Source: Azolla caroliniana (taxonomy: Eukaryota > Plantae > Polypodiophyta). Taken from it: a DNA stretch of 64,000 nt. The notes below the pieces were generated by a model that was given only the letters and a program-made list of their open reading frames with translations, did no database searches and was not told where the DNA came from. The DNA is taken from the NCBI GenBank assembly GCA_043228905.1, contig JBHGNT010000017.1:10044001-10108000 (forward strand), given 5' to 3'. Each line of letters opens with the position of its first letter. Position 1 is the stretch's first letter. Shown one piece after another: positions 23,772-37,700 of the stretch. The translations under genes and the position numbers were made by a program.

Positions 23772-24368
23772 AGGGGGAGTTTGTTGGGATTTCGGTCCCT
23801 CCGGATGGGATGTCCGGAGATGAATGACGGCAAGCCCGGTTGCGGCTACGGAGCCGGATGATGAGGACCCCGGCTACGGAGCCGGATGATGAAGACCCCG
23901 GCTACGGAGCCGGATGATGAAGACCCCGGTTACGGAGATCCGGAGTCGGGGACATATTTGTGAATATGTTTGCCAAGAGCCCTTGAGGCTATATTTGTAA
24001 ATAGCCCGAAAGTCATATGTGTATAAATATGACTTAGGGCAAACAGTTTATGTTGTTGCTCATTTTCATGAGAAGTGAGAGCAGCCGAGAGAGAGAGAGA
24101 GACGAAGAGGTCGTTGCCTCTGTGTATTACCGCCGCCTGTGGCGAAGACAGTGAGCTCAAGGTTGTTGCCTTGTAGCTTCACCATTGTACATCCCTGTTC
24201 ATAGTGATAGTTGGAGTTTGAGGACTCCCGTGGTTTTTCCCATTTAGGGTTTTCCACGTAAAACACTCTGTGTACTCTTCTCTCTCTATTGTCTTCGTGA
24301 ATTTTGTATTTCCTGTTTTCTAGAGTTGATCCTATTCCTCGGTTGTGGCCGAGCACTGTTTTTCAACA

Positions 24369-27300
24369 TCGTTGGCGTTGTTTGAGCTGGGCCATACTCT
24401 CTATCCTGTCTTCGCCGAGTTCGAGGAGTTGTTCCAGCCGGTATTGCTCGAATTGGGCCTCGGGGAGCCGTGCTTTGACTTGAACTCGGAGGCTCGGGAC
24501 TTGGAACTCGACGGGCATTACGGCTTCTAACCCGAACGTCATTCGAAAGGGGGTTGATTGGATGCTTGTTTTGAAAGTCGTACGATACGCCCACAACGCG
24601 CTCTGGAGTTTGTCATCCCAATCGGTCCTGTTTTCATTAACGATCTTCTTCAGTATGGTTTGGAGGATTTTATTGGTCGATTCCGCCAAGTCGTTCGCCT
24701 GCGGGTAGTATGGTGTGCTTTTCTTGTGCACCATCGCATAGTGGTGTGTAAGCGCACGTATTATATGATTGATGAAGTGCCCACCTTGGTCACTAACGAG
24801 CTCGATTGGGCATCCGTAATGGCACCAACGATGCTCATACACGAATTTAGCCGTGGATGCCGCCGTGTTGTCTCAGAGTGCCTTAGCCTCGACCCATTTG
24901 GTGCAGTAGTCTGTGGCCACGATAATATACCTATTCCCTGTACGGGTTCCCTGTACGGGCCGCGGGTGGCTTGAAAGGGCCTACAAAATCCAAACCCCAT
25001 TTTTGAAATGGTTCCAACGGAAGAATCGGCTGGTGTGGCATGCGTGACTGTTCCATTGGTTGCCCCAATCGTTGGCACACATCGCACTACCGGCAAAACT
25101 CGTGAGCGTCTCTCTTCGTTGTCGGCCACCACAATCCGCTTTGCCAAACCTTCCTTGCCGTGTAATCCCCGGCGTAGTGCCCCCCGGCTACTCCCTGGTG
25201 GGCCTCCTAAAGATTGGCGCCATATGCCATCCGAGCCTTTGTGGTAGAGAATGTCCAAGACGAGGCAAAAATTCCGGCTACGCACTGCTAGGCGTTTTCT
25301 CGCGTCAAGGGGCATGTGCTCGGGAGGTAAACCGTTAATGAGAAAATGGGTCATCTCCGTGATCCATTCATTTTCGTTATCGTCTAGCATCTTGGTCAAG
25401 TTAAATAGGTTGGCGTCCGGTAGCTCGTCGTACGAGGTTTCCGCCGGTTCCCCTGACTCAAGACGGCTCAAGTAGTCCGCGACGGCGTGTTGTACCCCGG
25501 GTCGATGCTGAATCTGGAAATCAAATTCTTGGAGTAGGCGCATCCACCGAGCCAACCGTCCGGTGAGGGCTTGTTTATTGATCAAATAAAGAAGGGTCGA
25601 GCGATCCATGTGAAAGGTAAACTTCCGGCCCAGGAGGTAATGCCGGAATTTATTGATGCTATAAATCATACCAACGGTCGCCCGCTCGGTGGTGGAGTAA
25701 TTCTTTTCCGCGGTCGAGAGCCGTCAGTTGGCGTAGTACACGGGCCTATACCAATTCGGGGGTGTGCATTGCATCAGGGCACTTCCGATGGCGATGTCCG
25801 AAGCATCTACGAAGACATGAGACGGTTTGGACCAAACCGGAGGCTGGACCACCGGGGCATGTGAGAGCATTAGTTTCAAAGGTCTGATAGGCCCTGTCCT
25901 CGATTGACGTCCATTGGAAGGGAAGGCGATGGACTGCCACGTGTAAAGGTGTCGTGAAATCGGCTAGATGTCGTATCATTCGGCTGTGCCACCGGATTTG
26001 TCCCAGAAATCGGCTTAGTGCCTTTGCGTTCGAGGGTGCGGGGGCGGTGAGGATGGTCTTTACTTTATCCGGGTCCATAGCGATGCCTTCTTGACTGAAA
26101 ATGTGGCCGAGAAGGTTGCCGCTGGTGACTAAGAACGCGCATTTCGCCGGGTTTAAGCTCAATCCAGCTTGGCGACATCGGTCCAGGCAGAGTCGTAACT
26201 GGGTCATGTGTTCCCGTCAATGGCCATACACGGCGAAATCATCGAGAAAGACTTGCATGAACGCCGGGATGTAGTCATGAAAGATTTCGGTGATGATGTG
26301 TTGGAACGTAGCCGGCGCTATTTTTAGACCGAACATCATTACTTTTGCCACAAAAACACCCCATTCCATGACGAAAGCGGTTTTCTCCTGATCCTCCGGG
26401 TGCATTCTTATCTGGTTATAGCCGTTGAACCCGTCGAGGAAACTGTAGCATTCATGGCCGGCTACCGTGTCGAGGACGCTGTCCGTGAACGGGAGAGGGA
26501 AACCATCGGTGACTGTTGCCATGTTAAGCTTCCGATAGTCGATGCAGACACGGATTTTTCCGTTCTTCTTTGGGACTACTACGATCGGGCTTAACCACGT
26601 GGCCCGTTTAACAGGGTGAATGAAGCCCACTCGGAGTAGTTTGTCGATTTCTTCTTTGACTTTAGCGGCGTAGTTGGGGTTCATCCTGTAGCGCCTCTGC
26701 TGAACCGGCCGAGTGTCGGGTAAGAGGTGGATTTGATGTTGGTAGTAGTGATGATCCAACCCCTTCATATTGGTGTAAGACCAAGCAAAAACATCCTGGT
26801 AGTCGGTGAGCAATCGTATGAGGGATGCCCGTTCTCCAGTTGGTAGATTATTGGCAATTTGTAACGTACGAGGATTCTCGTCTGAGCCAAGGTTTATTGT
26901 TTCCAGGGTTGATGCTTTGACTCGTTGTGAAATGGCGAGTTCGCGTTCGAAAGCATCCTGAGCATGGCGTAGCTCGGCAACTGTGGTTGGATCTGGTTCA
27001 TCTTGGGGTGGTGATTCCTCCGTGACTTCCTCGTCTTTAGGTGGCTCGATGGTTGGTATGGCATTGATTTCGAAGAGAGGGATGATCATGGGATGATCAT
27101 CTAGGAAGTCATCGACCTCCTCATCGGCCAAACTGTCAAGCATATGGACTCCTTCCGCGTATAACGGCGAAGTGTTGAGGACCATGGGGACTCGTTCTTC
27201 AGTGATGATTCGGACTTTTGTCTTGCCTCTTCGGAACGAGATCATGTTGCGTTGCCAATGCTGCTTGATATTCGCTGTACGCAACCATGGTCGACCTAGT

Positions 27301-27947
27301 AACATTGGGTAGGCGCCTTGTGTCTCCAGTCTTAGCACGACGGCCGAGATCGTGAACATGTGGCCTCCGAGTGTGAAGTCGAGATGGCGGATTAAACCAA
27401 TGGGGCGAACGGAGCGGGTGTCGGCCATCCGAAGCCAAAAGGGGCATGGTTCCCATTGATTCAGGCCGAGGTTGTGGCACGTTGACTCGCTAATAACGTT
27501 TACGCCGGATCCGCCGTCGATGATGCATCCGTGCAGGTCTTGTCCCTTAATGATGATTTGCACGGCTGGGTTCTGAGAATCCATGAGTGGTGGACCTGTG
27601 CCTGCTTTGGTGAGGTGTACCGGTGGCGTCACAGGCTTCGTATTGGCCTGGAGTGCTGCCAGGGTGTCCCGAAATCTCGGCATGAGTGGTAACAGTTTAT
27701 GTAGGGGCAGCGAGATGCGGGAGTTGGTAAGAACATCCCATAGTTGGTCGTCCTCTGACGACGTGGATGGTACCGAGGTTTGTGGTGCTTCGCTAGGCAC
27801 GTCTCTCATGTCAGTTTGCATGCGCACGACATTCTTTTTATTGGCCGTGTCGATCCATTCTTTTGCTGCCTGACGGACTTCATCCTGGATTTGCCACTGT
27901 GTAGTCTGTGCTTTACTCCGGGTAGTGACGGTTTGAACATCGGCCAT
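24369..27947 (-). pseudogene. pol: pol of G2 (PR, RT, RH, INT) with frameshifts and a small deletion
   Basis: IIDGGSGVN, YRMNPNYAAKVKEEIDKLL, VFLDDF, ADYLSRL, VSDQGGHF; collinear with G1 pol. Confidence 0.93.
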
Positions 27948-29293
27948 GATACTCCTTCACCGCAGGTGCTTTGCCACGGTCAGTTGTTGAGCATTGCGTG
28001 GCATAGTGGCCGAGTTGGTTACATTTAAAACACGTAACGTTGGCCGAGTTGCTGGTGTTAGCCCGGTCTGTGTGTGGGAGCTGTTGCGGTTGATTCCTTG
28101 TCTCGTTTGGTGGTGGGTTGGTCCGAGGTGCATTGGTGTTCCGCTGGTCATTTGGAGGAGCCTCTCGTCGACGGTTTTCGTTGTTCCTTCTATTGTTGCG
28201 TGAGTTGCGGTTTCCATTTCGCCGATCGTTACGTGAGTTCCTCCGATCATACCTGGCATCCTGATCATCGTCGTAACGATCATAATCGTCGTTCCGGTCG
28301 TCGCGATAGCGATCCCGGCGGTCATCTCGACAGTAATCGTCGTCCCCGTCATCTATCCGGTGATCGTGGGTGATCGTTATCGTTGACTCGGTAGGAATTA
28401 CACTCATCCTGTCGAGAGTACGTGTTCCTGGGCTCGATCTGGCGAACTCGTGCGGTCGTAGTGCGATTGAGCATGTTGTACTCGCATTATTCGACGGTGT
28501 GAGATCGCGATTGGCAAATTGGACACTGTGGGCGATGAGGACATTCGAGAGCCAGGTGACCCGAGCCTGAACAGATCGTGCATTGGAGGGCTTGGCGAAA
28601 GCGGTTGTCCTCCTGTGGAAGGGCATTCTGTAGGGAGGTCATAGAGAAGGCCACGTCGTGTTGGGATCGATCGAGGGTGAGAACTCGCGCTCTGACTTCC
28701 TCGATAGTTTGGTTGGCAAAATTTGTAAGTGTGAGAGTCGTTCGGAGAGGCTCTCGTAAACTGGACAGGAAAGTGTCTGGTATATGTTGTGCCGAGACAT
28801 CGTCGGCCACTTGTCTGTAGAGATCCTGGAACCGGATCGTGAACTGCGCGACCGTTTCGTGCGGTTCATGGCATATCGAGAAGAATTGCCGGAGCAATTC
28901 CCATCTGGGCACCTCGCGATGAAAGAGTTCAAGGAACTTTGTGCGCACGATTTGGAAGGTGGTTCCCTCTCCTAGTTCAAGGCGAGAGTACCATCGTGCG
29001 GCCAATCCATCGAGGGAGAGTGTGAACTCGGCAATCTTTGAGGCATCGATTTCAGCCGGCATGAGGTGGTGCGTTGAGTGGTTGGCCTGCCACATAGATA
29101 TGAAGGCACAGATGTGTGACTCCGCATCTAGTCCGTCGGTGTAACGTGGGTATGGGTACGGCATGATGTACTTTGGGTCTTCTGGTAGCACCGTGAAAGG
29201 GTTTAGTTCCAATTGAGTGACCTCCGGAGGGCTTGGCGGGGGTTGTGGTGGGGAATTAACTCTCGATTGAGTGTCCGGTGGAGAGGATTGCAC
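27913..29293 (-). pseudogene. gag: gag of G2 with three CCHC knuckles
   Basis: MPYPYPRY, CTICSGSGHLALEC, CPICQSRSHTVE*C, CFKCNQLGHYATQC. Confidence 0.85.
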
Positions 29294-29466
29294 TGGGGGA
29301 GCCTCCGATTGCTCGGGAAAGGATTGGTCAGTTACCGCCGAGTCGGAAGTTCCTTCGACTGGCTCAGGGCGTCGGGCAGGTGGCCGAGACCTCGTGGTGC
29401 GAGAGGGCGCCGTAACGGCGGTTGGTGGTTACCTTCAACGAAGTTCGCTATACACTCACAGTTGTA

Positions 29467-29479
29467 ACCGGGTGTGCCA
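29467..29479 (-). promoter_or_regulatory. Primer binding site of G2, probably tRNA-Arg(UCU)
   Basis: Minus-strand TGGCACACCCGGT 5 nt after the 5' LTR. Confidence 0.75.
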
Positions 29480-29484
29480 AATTG

Positions 29485-29980
29485 TGTTACCCATTCCTTT
29501 GGGTGACACCTTCGATAGACCTGAGGTTATCGGTAGCAAAGGATGTGTTACGTGAAGGCTCGTAAACAGAGGTGTCGTGAGGTAGAAAATAATCCGAGAT
29601 GGGACACTAGTGAGATCTTGATAGGCGTGGACGGCGCTTAATTCAGAAACACGAGAGAAAACACAGACTCATGGAGCAAGATGGGCACAATAACAGATAT
29701 GGATTAATGCGACAACAAAAGGGTTACAGAGCGCAGCCTACGGCCTGTGACCTTACAATAGTATCTAATTACGATGGAATTTGCTAGTGCTTCCGCCTAT
29801 ACTTTTTCTCTCTCCCCTCTGAGGTACTCGACCTTGTTTAAATAACGTTTCCCCTAATACACAGCCGAGCCGTCGGTGGCCCGTGATACTCGGACTCAGC
29901 GCTCGCGTGTTCTTTCCTACTCGGTTACACTGCCGCCGTTTGCTAATTTCCTAATTTACATTTCTGTCCTCTGGACAACA
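29485..29980 (-). repeat. 5' LTR of G2
   Basis: Direct repeat of 14487-14984, adjacent to the PBS and gag. Confidence 0.95.
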
Positions 29981-31888
29981 CCACGGAGGGTGTGGACCGG
30001 CAAAGATGTGTCATACCAGCATCTGAGGGTGTTCAGGTTTCTCTCATATGTGCATGTTGCCAAGGACCAAAGGGAAAAATTAGATCCTAAGAGTTGTCCA
30101 TGTATTTTCTTGGGGACTTGATTCACAAGAAGGTCATCAAGAGCTAGGATATAGACATTATGGAATAAAAGACTATTGCTGATTGGGATATGAGAAGACG
30201 GGCTCATCCTCCATGCTAGCCAGAAGTTGGATGTTAATTGAAGGACACAATGGCCTAGCTAGATCCAGATAGGGGGTCGGATCGGCTGAAGATAGCCGGT
30301 CATATCCGTACAGGGATCCGAATCAGCCATAATGTATTTAGCCGGACCTGGACAGGGGCTGGATCGTATGGATCCAGACAAGAGACTAAATCCAGAACCA
30401 GATCGGCCAGAAGGCATCTGGCCAAACCTGGAGAAGTAGCCAAATTGGATTCAGAGGAAGAGTCGATTGATGAGATCCAAGGCAAGAGATACCCCCTAAG
30501 AAACGAAGGCCCCCCCATAGATTTACGGAAAAAGAATATGTTCTCTTAATTGACGAGGGGGAGCCGGAAAGCTTTGTGGAAGCTAAGGAAGATGCCCACA
30601 ACAAAGAGTGCTTACATGCCATTGAAGATGAGATGGATTCCTTCCATGAGAACCACACGTACGAATCGACCGAGTTGTCAGAAGGTAAGAAGGCCCTCCA
30701 AAACAAGTGGGTTTACAAACTAAAGCCGGGGGAAGGTAGAAATCCACCCAAGTACAAAGCTTGCACTGTCGTGAAAGGCTTCCAACAAAAAAAGGTTGTA
30801 GATTTCGATGAAATATTTACCCGAGTAGTAAAAATGACATTTATATGGATGATGCTATGCATTGTAGTGAGCATGGACCTAGAAATGGAGTAGGTGGATG
30901 TCAAAATTGTTTTCCTACATGGAGATTTGGAGGAAGAAATCTACATGCAGCAACCAGAAGGATTTGTAATGAAAGGTAAGGAAAACCTAGTATGCCGGTT
31001 GAGGAAGAGTTTCTATGGATTGAAATAAGCGCCCCGACAATGGTACCGGAAATTTGAACCCATCATGGTACATCATGGTTTCATCACGACTGTCACAGAC
31101 AGGTCCTATCTATGACAAATACACAAGCCGATCACTTTGTCTTTGTGAAGAAATATGATGGAGGAAACTTCCTCATCCTTCTATTGTATGTTGATGACAT
31201 GCTGATTGTGGGACATGAGTTGAAGAAAATTGGAAGATTGAAGGATATGGGTTCGGTTAAGTAGATTCTGTGAATGCACATAATTCGGGATGAGACAAAG
31301 AAGTTGTTGTGGTTGTCATGAGAAAAATATGTGACGAAAGTGCTCTAGAGATTCAACATGCAAAATGTCAAGCCGGTCGGCTCGACATTGCCAACAAACT
31401 GTAAACTGAGCGGAAACCAATGTTCAAAGACGAAATCGGAGAAAGTTGCGATAAACAAGATCCCCTCTGCCTCAGTAGTCAGAAGCTTGATGTATGCAAT
31501 GGTTTGCACCAAGCCGGACATTGCATATCCTATTGGAGTAGTTAGTTTATTTATGAGCAATCCTGGGAAGGAGCATTGGGTTGTGGTGAAGTGGATACTT
31601 CAGTACCTGAGAGGGACCTCAAGCGCATGTCTTCGATTGGGATCAAGTAACCCGGTGTTGGAAGGATTCATAGATTCTGACACGTTGGCTGATGTTGATA
31701 GGAGCCAGTCCATATCCGAATGCGTGATGATGTATGCAAGGGGAGTCATTTCGTGGCAGTCAAGGTTGCAGAAGGATGTGGCTTTATCGACGATAGAAGC
31801 GGAGTACGTGGTTGTTGTCAAAGCCGACAAGGAAATCATTTGGACGAGGGATTCTATTAGTGAGTTAGGAATGTGGTAAGAACAATTC
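29981..31888 (+). mobile_element. Old Tork/Tnt1-like Copia, INT-RT-RH remnant (part 2 of 3)
   Basis: KLDPKSCPCIFLG, DEMDSFHENHTYE, LYVDDM, SLMYAMVCTKPDIAY, ISWQSRLQK, with many stops; homologous to the 19022 element. Confidence 0.9.
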
Positions 31889-34326
31889 TGTAAAAGAATA
31901 GTGTGTGTGGAAGCGTAACAGACGCAACCGTGTAACACAGATGACGAAGAGAAGGTTTAATGGAAAGCTTTGAACATGACACAATGTATGCAGGAGAGAT
32001 AGAGAATGAGAGAGAGAGTGAGCAGAACACCACAGAACTTAGATTCAAAAGTCACTCTCAGTCGCTCTGTACAAGATGCACTCAATTGGCTCTTTTTATA
32101 CAAGTCCTTATGGACAAACAGAAGTACTTCAAGAGTACTGACACATACTTCAATGCTCATCAATGAGCCTCCTACACTAACTCCCAAAATTATTCCTTAC
32201 GAGGAATAACGCTCTAACGGCCTCTCGGCTTATGCACCGTTACGGCCTTTGTGCGTACGGTTTTACGCACCCAGTCTACGCACTAGGTTACGCACCCGTT
32301 TACCCACCCAATGTCGAGCTTGTATCTCAATACTCCCCCTCAAGCTCAACTTGAGGTTCCACCTTCTCTTCCGGTTCTTCGCTCATGCTTCTCCTGGCTT
32401 CACACCCCCACGCGCTCCTCGACCCTTCTAGTTGCTTTGTCTGCTAGTGTGGCCCTTCTCAGCTCCCTTGTTGTCGTGGTGCTAGCGCTTCTTTCACCAT
32501 CCTTTCCTCCGCTTGGCCATCAATTGATTCGGCATGTTCGAATCCAACATTTTGATTAAATCGGTCACTTCCGATTCATTTCCTCTTACGTCCATATTGG
32601 CTGTCTCGAATTCGTCTTCAGTCTTTAGGCCTTTGACAATGTCAGACCACGTCTTGGACTTGGCCTCATCGCCCTCTTTTTCGGCTCTTCCCTATGGTTA
32701 CGACCCCTGTACTCATCTTCGGCTTCCTCAGTCGACCGAAAATCGAATTCTTCTTCCCACTCAGCATCACGGTGATTAGTTCCGCTAGGATTATCACTTG
32801 TTTCAAGCTCCTTTCAAGCTCACGCTCTTGTTTTTGTCTCCCCCTCAAGTTTGGCGTGTCGAGGTGGCGCAACCCAAGCACATTCGAGAATTGTTGTAAC
32901 TTGTCGAGAGCTAGCGCCTTGGTGAATACATCGGCAATCTGCCGACCTGTCGGAACATATCCTAGACTGACATCACCGAAAAGGACACACTCACGGAAAA
33001 AATGCTAATGCACCTCAATGTGTGAAATAAAGGGTTTTTCGCAAGTTTGATGTTGCTGAGGTTTTCTCAATAGATCGTCGTCGGACCGGACACCTCCACA
33101 TGAAAATCTTGTAATAGTCGTTTTAGCCAGATGACTTCGCACGTAGCGACAATCGCCCCTCCATATTCGGCATCCGTGCTCGACAATGCTAATGTCGGCT
33201 GCTTCTTACTACACGCGATTGCCACACTTCCCATTGAGAATGTGTATCCGGATGTGGATCTACAATCGTTGGCATTTCCGGTCCAATCGACATCTGTGTA
33301 GCCAACTAACTATTCGGCTACGCCTGCCCGATACAACAACGCCATGTCTTTAGTGATGCTGACATATTGCAGTATCCTTTGCGCGCACTGAAAGTGTTCG
33401 GCCGTGGGCTGCGACATAAATTGACTGATCAGGCCGACCGGGTAGTTGAGATCCAGCCGAGTGATTGTCAAACAGATTAGCCTTTCCCGAATCTCAGCGA
33501 AGCTTGACGTTTCTATCCAGAGGGGTCGAGATGGGCTTACAATATGCCATCCCGAACTTGAAGAGCATATTCAGTGCGTAATGACGAAGGTTGATCAATA
33601 TGCATTCGGGGGTGCGGATCACTTCAATCCCAATAAATTAATGAAGGTCTCCAAGATCCTTCATGTCGAATGATGCCGCGAGCTGAGACTTTACGTGACC
33701 GATTTCATCCAAGTCGGCATCGGCGATGACTAAATCATCAACATAAAGAAAAAGACAAACCGGTTCATGTCGACCTTGCCGAACGAATAATGAAGAGTCT
33801 GAATTCGATGGCGCAAACCCCATCTTACGCAACCGTTGCGTAATCTTCGCATTCCAAGCTCGCGGGCTTGCTTAAGTTGGTTTAATGATTTCTTCAATCG
33901 GCACATTGCCGAAGTGTTTTGTTCGAATAAGAATCCGGGGGGTTGTATCATGTACACCCGCTCCTCAAGGTCACCTTGTAGGAACACATCCCCACATACA
34001 TCTAATGTAGATGCCATCCCTTCGCCGCTCCTACGGCTAACAGAACACACACGGTGGTCATCTTCGGGACCGGTGCGAAGGTCTCGTCGTAATCCATGCC
34101 GAACTCGTACTCCGACATCTTCTTTTTCCCCGTCTCTCTGCGCGTAAACCGTCTCCTCGGTTCCTTACGTGGGGACAACATGGCCAAGTTTCCAATACTC
34201 GCCAGCTCTTCACACGGTTGACCATCTCAGTAAACCCCTCACTCAGCCCAGTTAGCCGAAATGAGATCGGACTCTCTCCCAGAGGTCCGATTTCCTCATC
34301 GTGCGAACGCATCTCAGCCTCGCTGA

Positions 34327-34722
34327 TGTCATGACGACATACATTTTGGCCTTACAAGGATATGTCATGACGACATACATTTTGACCTTTCAAGGATTGG
34401 GGCCCAAGATGTCTTGGTCTATATGTTAGACCTTTAACCATTATACTAACATATATGATGTATAGTTATGATAAATGTATTATTAGTTATTACAAGATAT
34501 TTAGAGTATTCTAGAACATTCTAGAGTATTCCATTATTATATTAAATATCATAAATATCTAAAATATTCTAGAACATTCTAGAATACTCCATAAGGGCCT
34601 ATAAATAGGTGTCTATTCATTCATCAAAACTCATTCGGTTCAACACCAATTTGTAGCCCCTTCGCCTACTCTTTGTAATCCTTGCTCTCTTATAATATAA
34701 ACTCTCTTTCCATTTCTAGTGT

Positions 34723-34754
<32 letters not shown>

Positions 34755-37700
34755 TACCTTCTATTGTCGTCTTATTTTTCTCTCTCCTATTCTCAAGTCA
34801 CGACAGTTTGAACCGAATCTAACTCTTTTCTTCTTCTCCAACTTCTTCTTATCTTAACCTTATTCAAGCAAATCTAGCAATTTTCTATCGCAACTATGGA
34901 GTCCGTCAGCAAGCAAGAATATATGTGTGTTCTCTCCGAGCTCGAAATGCTAACAACCAAATTCGTGGCACTAGAGCATGAAAATCAAAGATTGCTAGGA
35001 GACCTAAAACAAGTAAGTGTTGAGAAAGTACAACAATATGAAGAATTATCTCAACGGGTGCATCAATTGGAGACTACTCTATTGCAACGACAAGCGACGG
35101 AAGTTCAAACCTCGCCGAAGGAACCCAAGATTACTCTGCCGGCCAAGTTTGATGGTACAAGGTCTCAGTTTCGTGGATTTTTAAATCAGGTATGGCTTGG
35201 GATTAAATTGCATCCTAGCCGTTACCCAACTAATGTTGCTTGTGTGGGTCTAGTTGGTACCTTCTTAATAGGTACCGCATTAGCGTGGTTTGCACCACTC
35301 CTAGAGAAGCACTCACCATTATTAGAATATTTTGAAGGTTTTATTAATGAGTTCCAAGCCAACTTTGGAGACACTGATAGTATGAGGACTGCAATAAACA
35401 AAATTCGACGATTATGACAAGGAGATCGTCCTGCTTCCGCTTATGTTGCAGATTTTCGCCTTCTAGCATGTGATATTCCATGGGACGAGGCGGCATTAAT
35501 GGACCAATTTCTTCAAGTTCTTCGCAATGATGTGAAGGATTTACCTCTTACCTTCCATGATGATCCAAAATCTCTTACTGAAGCAGTAAGTCGAGCCTCT
35601 TATTTGAGCGGCGTTCTGAGCGCCAACAAATGTTACGCTTCCGACCAACATAAACATATGCTTCGGTGGTTGCAACTCCACCCCAAGTATCAAAGTCAAG
35701 TGTGGTGGAAGGACCTACTCCGATGGAAATCGAGACAACACGACGTCGAGGACCATTATCGGATGCTGAAAAGCAACGACAGCGAGCGAATCGTCTATGC
35801 CTCTATTGTGGTGGTCCAAGGCATATTGTTGTGAATTATCCACATAAACCATGATGACAAGTTAACCAAGTAAGTGCTCATGACAATCCCATCTCAATTT
35901 TTACCCCGCCTTCTCGTAACCCAAGTAGGCCTAGTAGTCTCTGTCATAAAAGTACATTTGATGTCTTGAGCCAATTAGATGATGTGTTAAACGAGTAAGT
36001 CCGGCCAAAATCGGAGCCATTTGGTTGGACAGCCCTAGGCATGTAACGTCTGTCCCTAGTTGTGGTTCCATTTCATCCGGTCCAGTTAGTCTAGTTTTCT
36101 CTGCACAAGTTGAGCTTAACACATCTAGGTGCCATCGAGTCCCAGCTTCTGCCCTCTTAGACTCTGGAGCCAACTCTTGTTTCATGGATCGTGAGTTTGC
36201 TGTAATGCATAATATTTAGTTGCATAAGCTCCCAAGCCCAGTGTCAGTCGGAGTCATTGATGGACGCCCCATAGCATCTGGTGATATAGTCGAAGAGTCT
36301 GAACCAATTCATGTAGTCCTAGGCAATTTGGCTAGTGTCATCTCATTTAACATCATTAGTAGTCCAGAGCACTCCCTAGTTCTTGGTCTCCCATGGTTTG
36401 AGCTACATAACCCAACTATTGATTGGAGAAAAAGAACCATTGAAGAGGTCACAATATAGTCTAAGCCTCTTAAAACTCCAACAAAGGATATGACATTCCA
36501 AAATATTTCGACAATCTCTATACATCAATTACGTGAGGAAGGACGGAAGGAAGACATGTTGGTGTTCGCAGTTTTAGCAACTCCCACATCGAGCTCACAA
36601 GAATCGGGGGTCCAACTACCGAAGAAATATATAGAATTCTCCGATGTGTTTGATAAGGTGAAGGCCAATAGACTACCAGAGCATCGACCATATGATTGCC
36701 CGATTGATTTGCGGCCCGGAAAAGAGCCTCCATGGGGGCCAATTTATAACCTTTCACCCACGGAGTTAGAGGTTCTTTAGGAATATATCGATGAGAACTT
36801 GGCGAATGGGTTTATCCAGCATTCAAGATCTCCTACCGGCGCACCCATATTTTTCGTTAAGAAGAAAGATGGTTCGCTTCGTCTGGTCGTGGATTATTGA
36901 GGATTGAATAAAGTAACTATTCGAAATTGATATGCTCTACCATTGATTTCGAGCCTTCTGGAATGCCTCAATGGAGCTAAGTATTTCACAAAGTTAGATC
37001 TTTGAGGTGCTTACAATCTTGTTTGAATTCGTCTTGAGAATGAATGGAAGACTGCTTTCCGTACTCGCTATGGCCATTTTGAGTATACAGTGATGCCATT
37101 TGGGTTCACAAATGCACCAACAGTTTTCCAACATATGGCGAATGACATTTTTCGAGATTTCCTCGATATTTTCGTCATAATTTACCTGGATGATATCTTC
37201 ATCCACTCAAAAACTCAAGAGGATCATGATATACACGTTCGACAAGCTTTACAATGGTTGCGTGAATATGGTCTCTATGCAAAATTGGAGAAGTGCAATT
37301 TCGACCAGCGTCAAGTGGAATTTTTGGGGTACATAGTTTCTTCACATGGCATCTCTATGGATCCAGCAAAGGTTCAAACAGTTTTGGATTGGCAAACACC
37401 ACATTCTGTGCGAGATGTATAATGTTTTTTAGGGTTCACAAACTTTTATCGCAAGTTCATCAAAGATTATTCAAAGATCGTATTGCCCTCACGCAACTGA
37501 CACAGAAGAATCGACCATTTGTGTGGAGTATAAATGCAAACTCTGCATTTGAAAGATTAAAGCAAGCATTTACATCCGCACCAAATTTGATGCATGTTGA
37601 TCCATTGAAACGCTTTATACTGGAAGCTGATGCATCGGACTTTGCACTAGGAAGTGTATTATCCCAGATTAGCAATGATGGCCAACTGCACCCTGTGGCT

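Larger units (their letters stand above)
19022..24368 (+). mobile_element. Young full-length Ty1/Copia (Tnt1/Tork-like) inserted in the G2 integrase
   Basis: LTRs at 19022-19664 and 23782-24368; perfect TSD TCGTT (19017-19021, 24369-24373); tRNA-iMet PBS TGGTATCAGAGC at 19667-19678; PPT GAAGGGGGAG at 23770-23779. Confidence 0.98.
14487..29980 (-). mobile_element. Full-length non-chromovirus Ty3/Gypsy with extra ORF, same lineage as G1 but a different family; element G2
   Basis: LTRs at 14487-14984 and 29485-29980; TSD CCACA/CCACG (14482-14486, 29981-29985). gag, pol and extra ORF lie on the minus strand and are homologous to G1; the LTRs show no visible similarity to those of G1. Confidence 0.95.
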
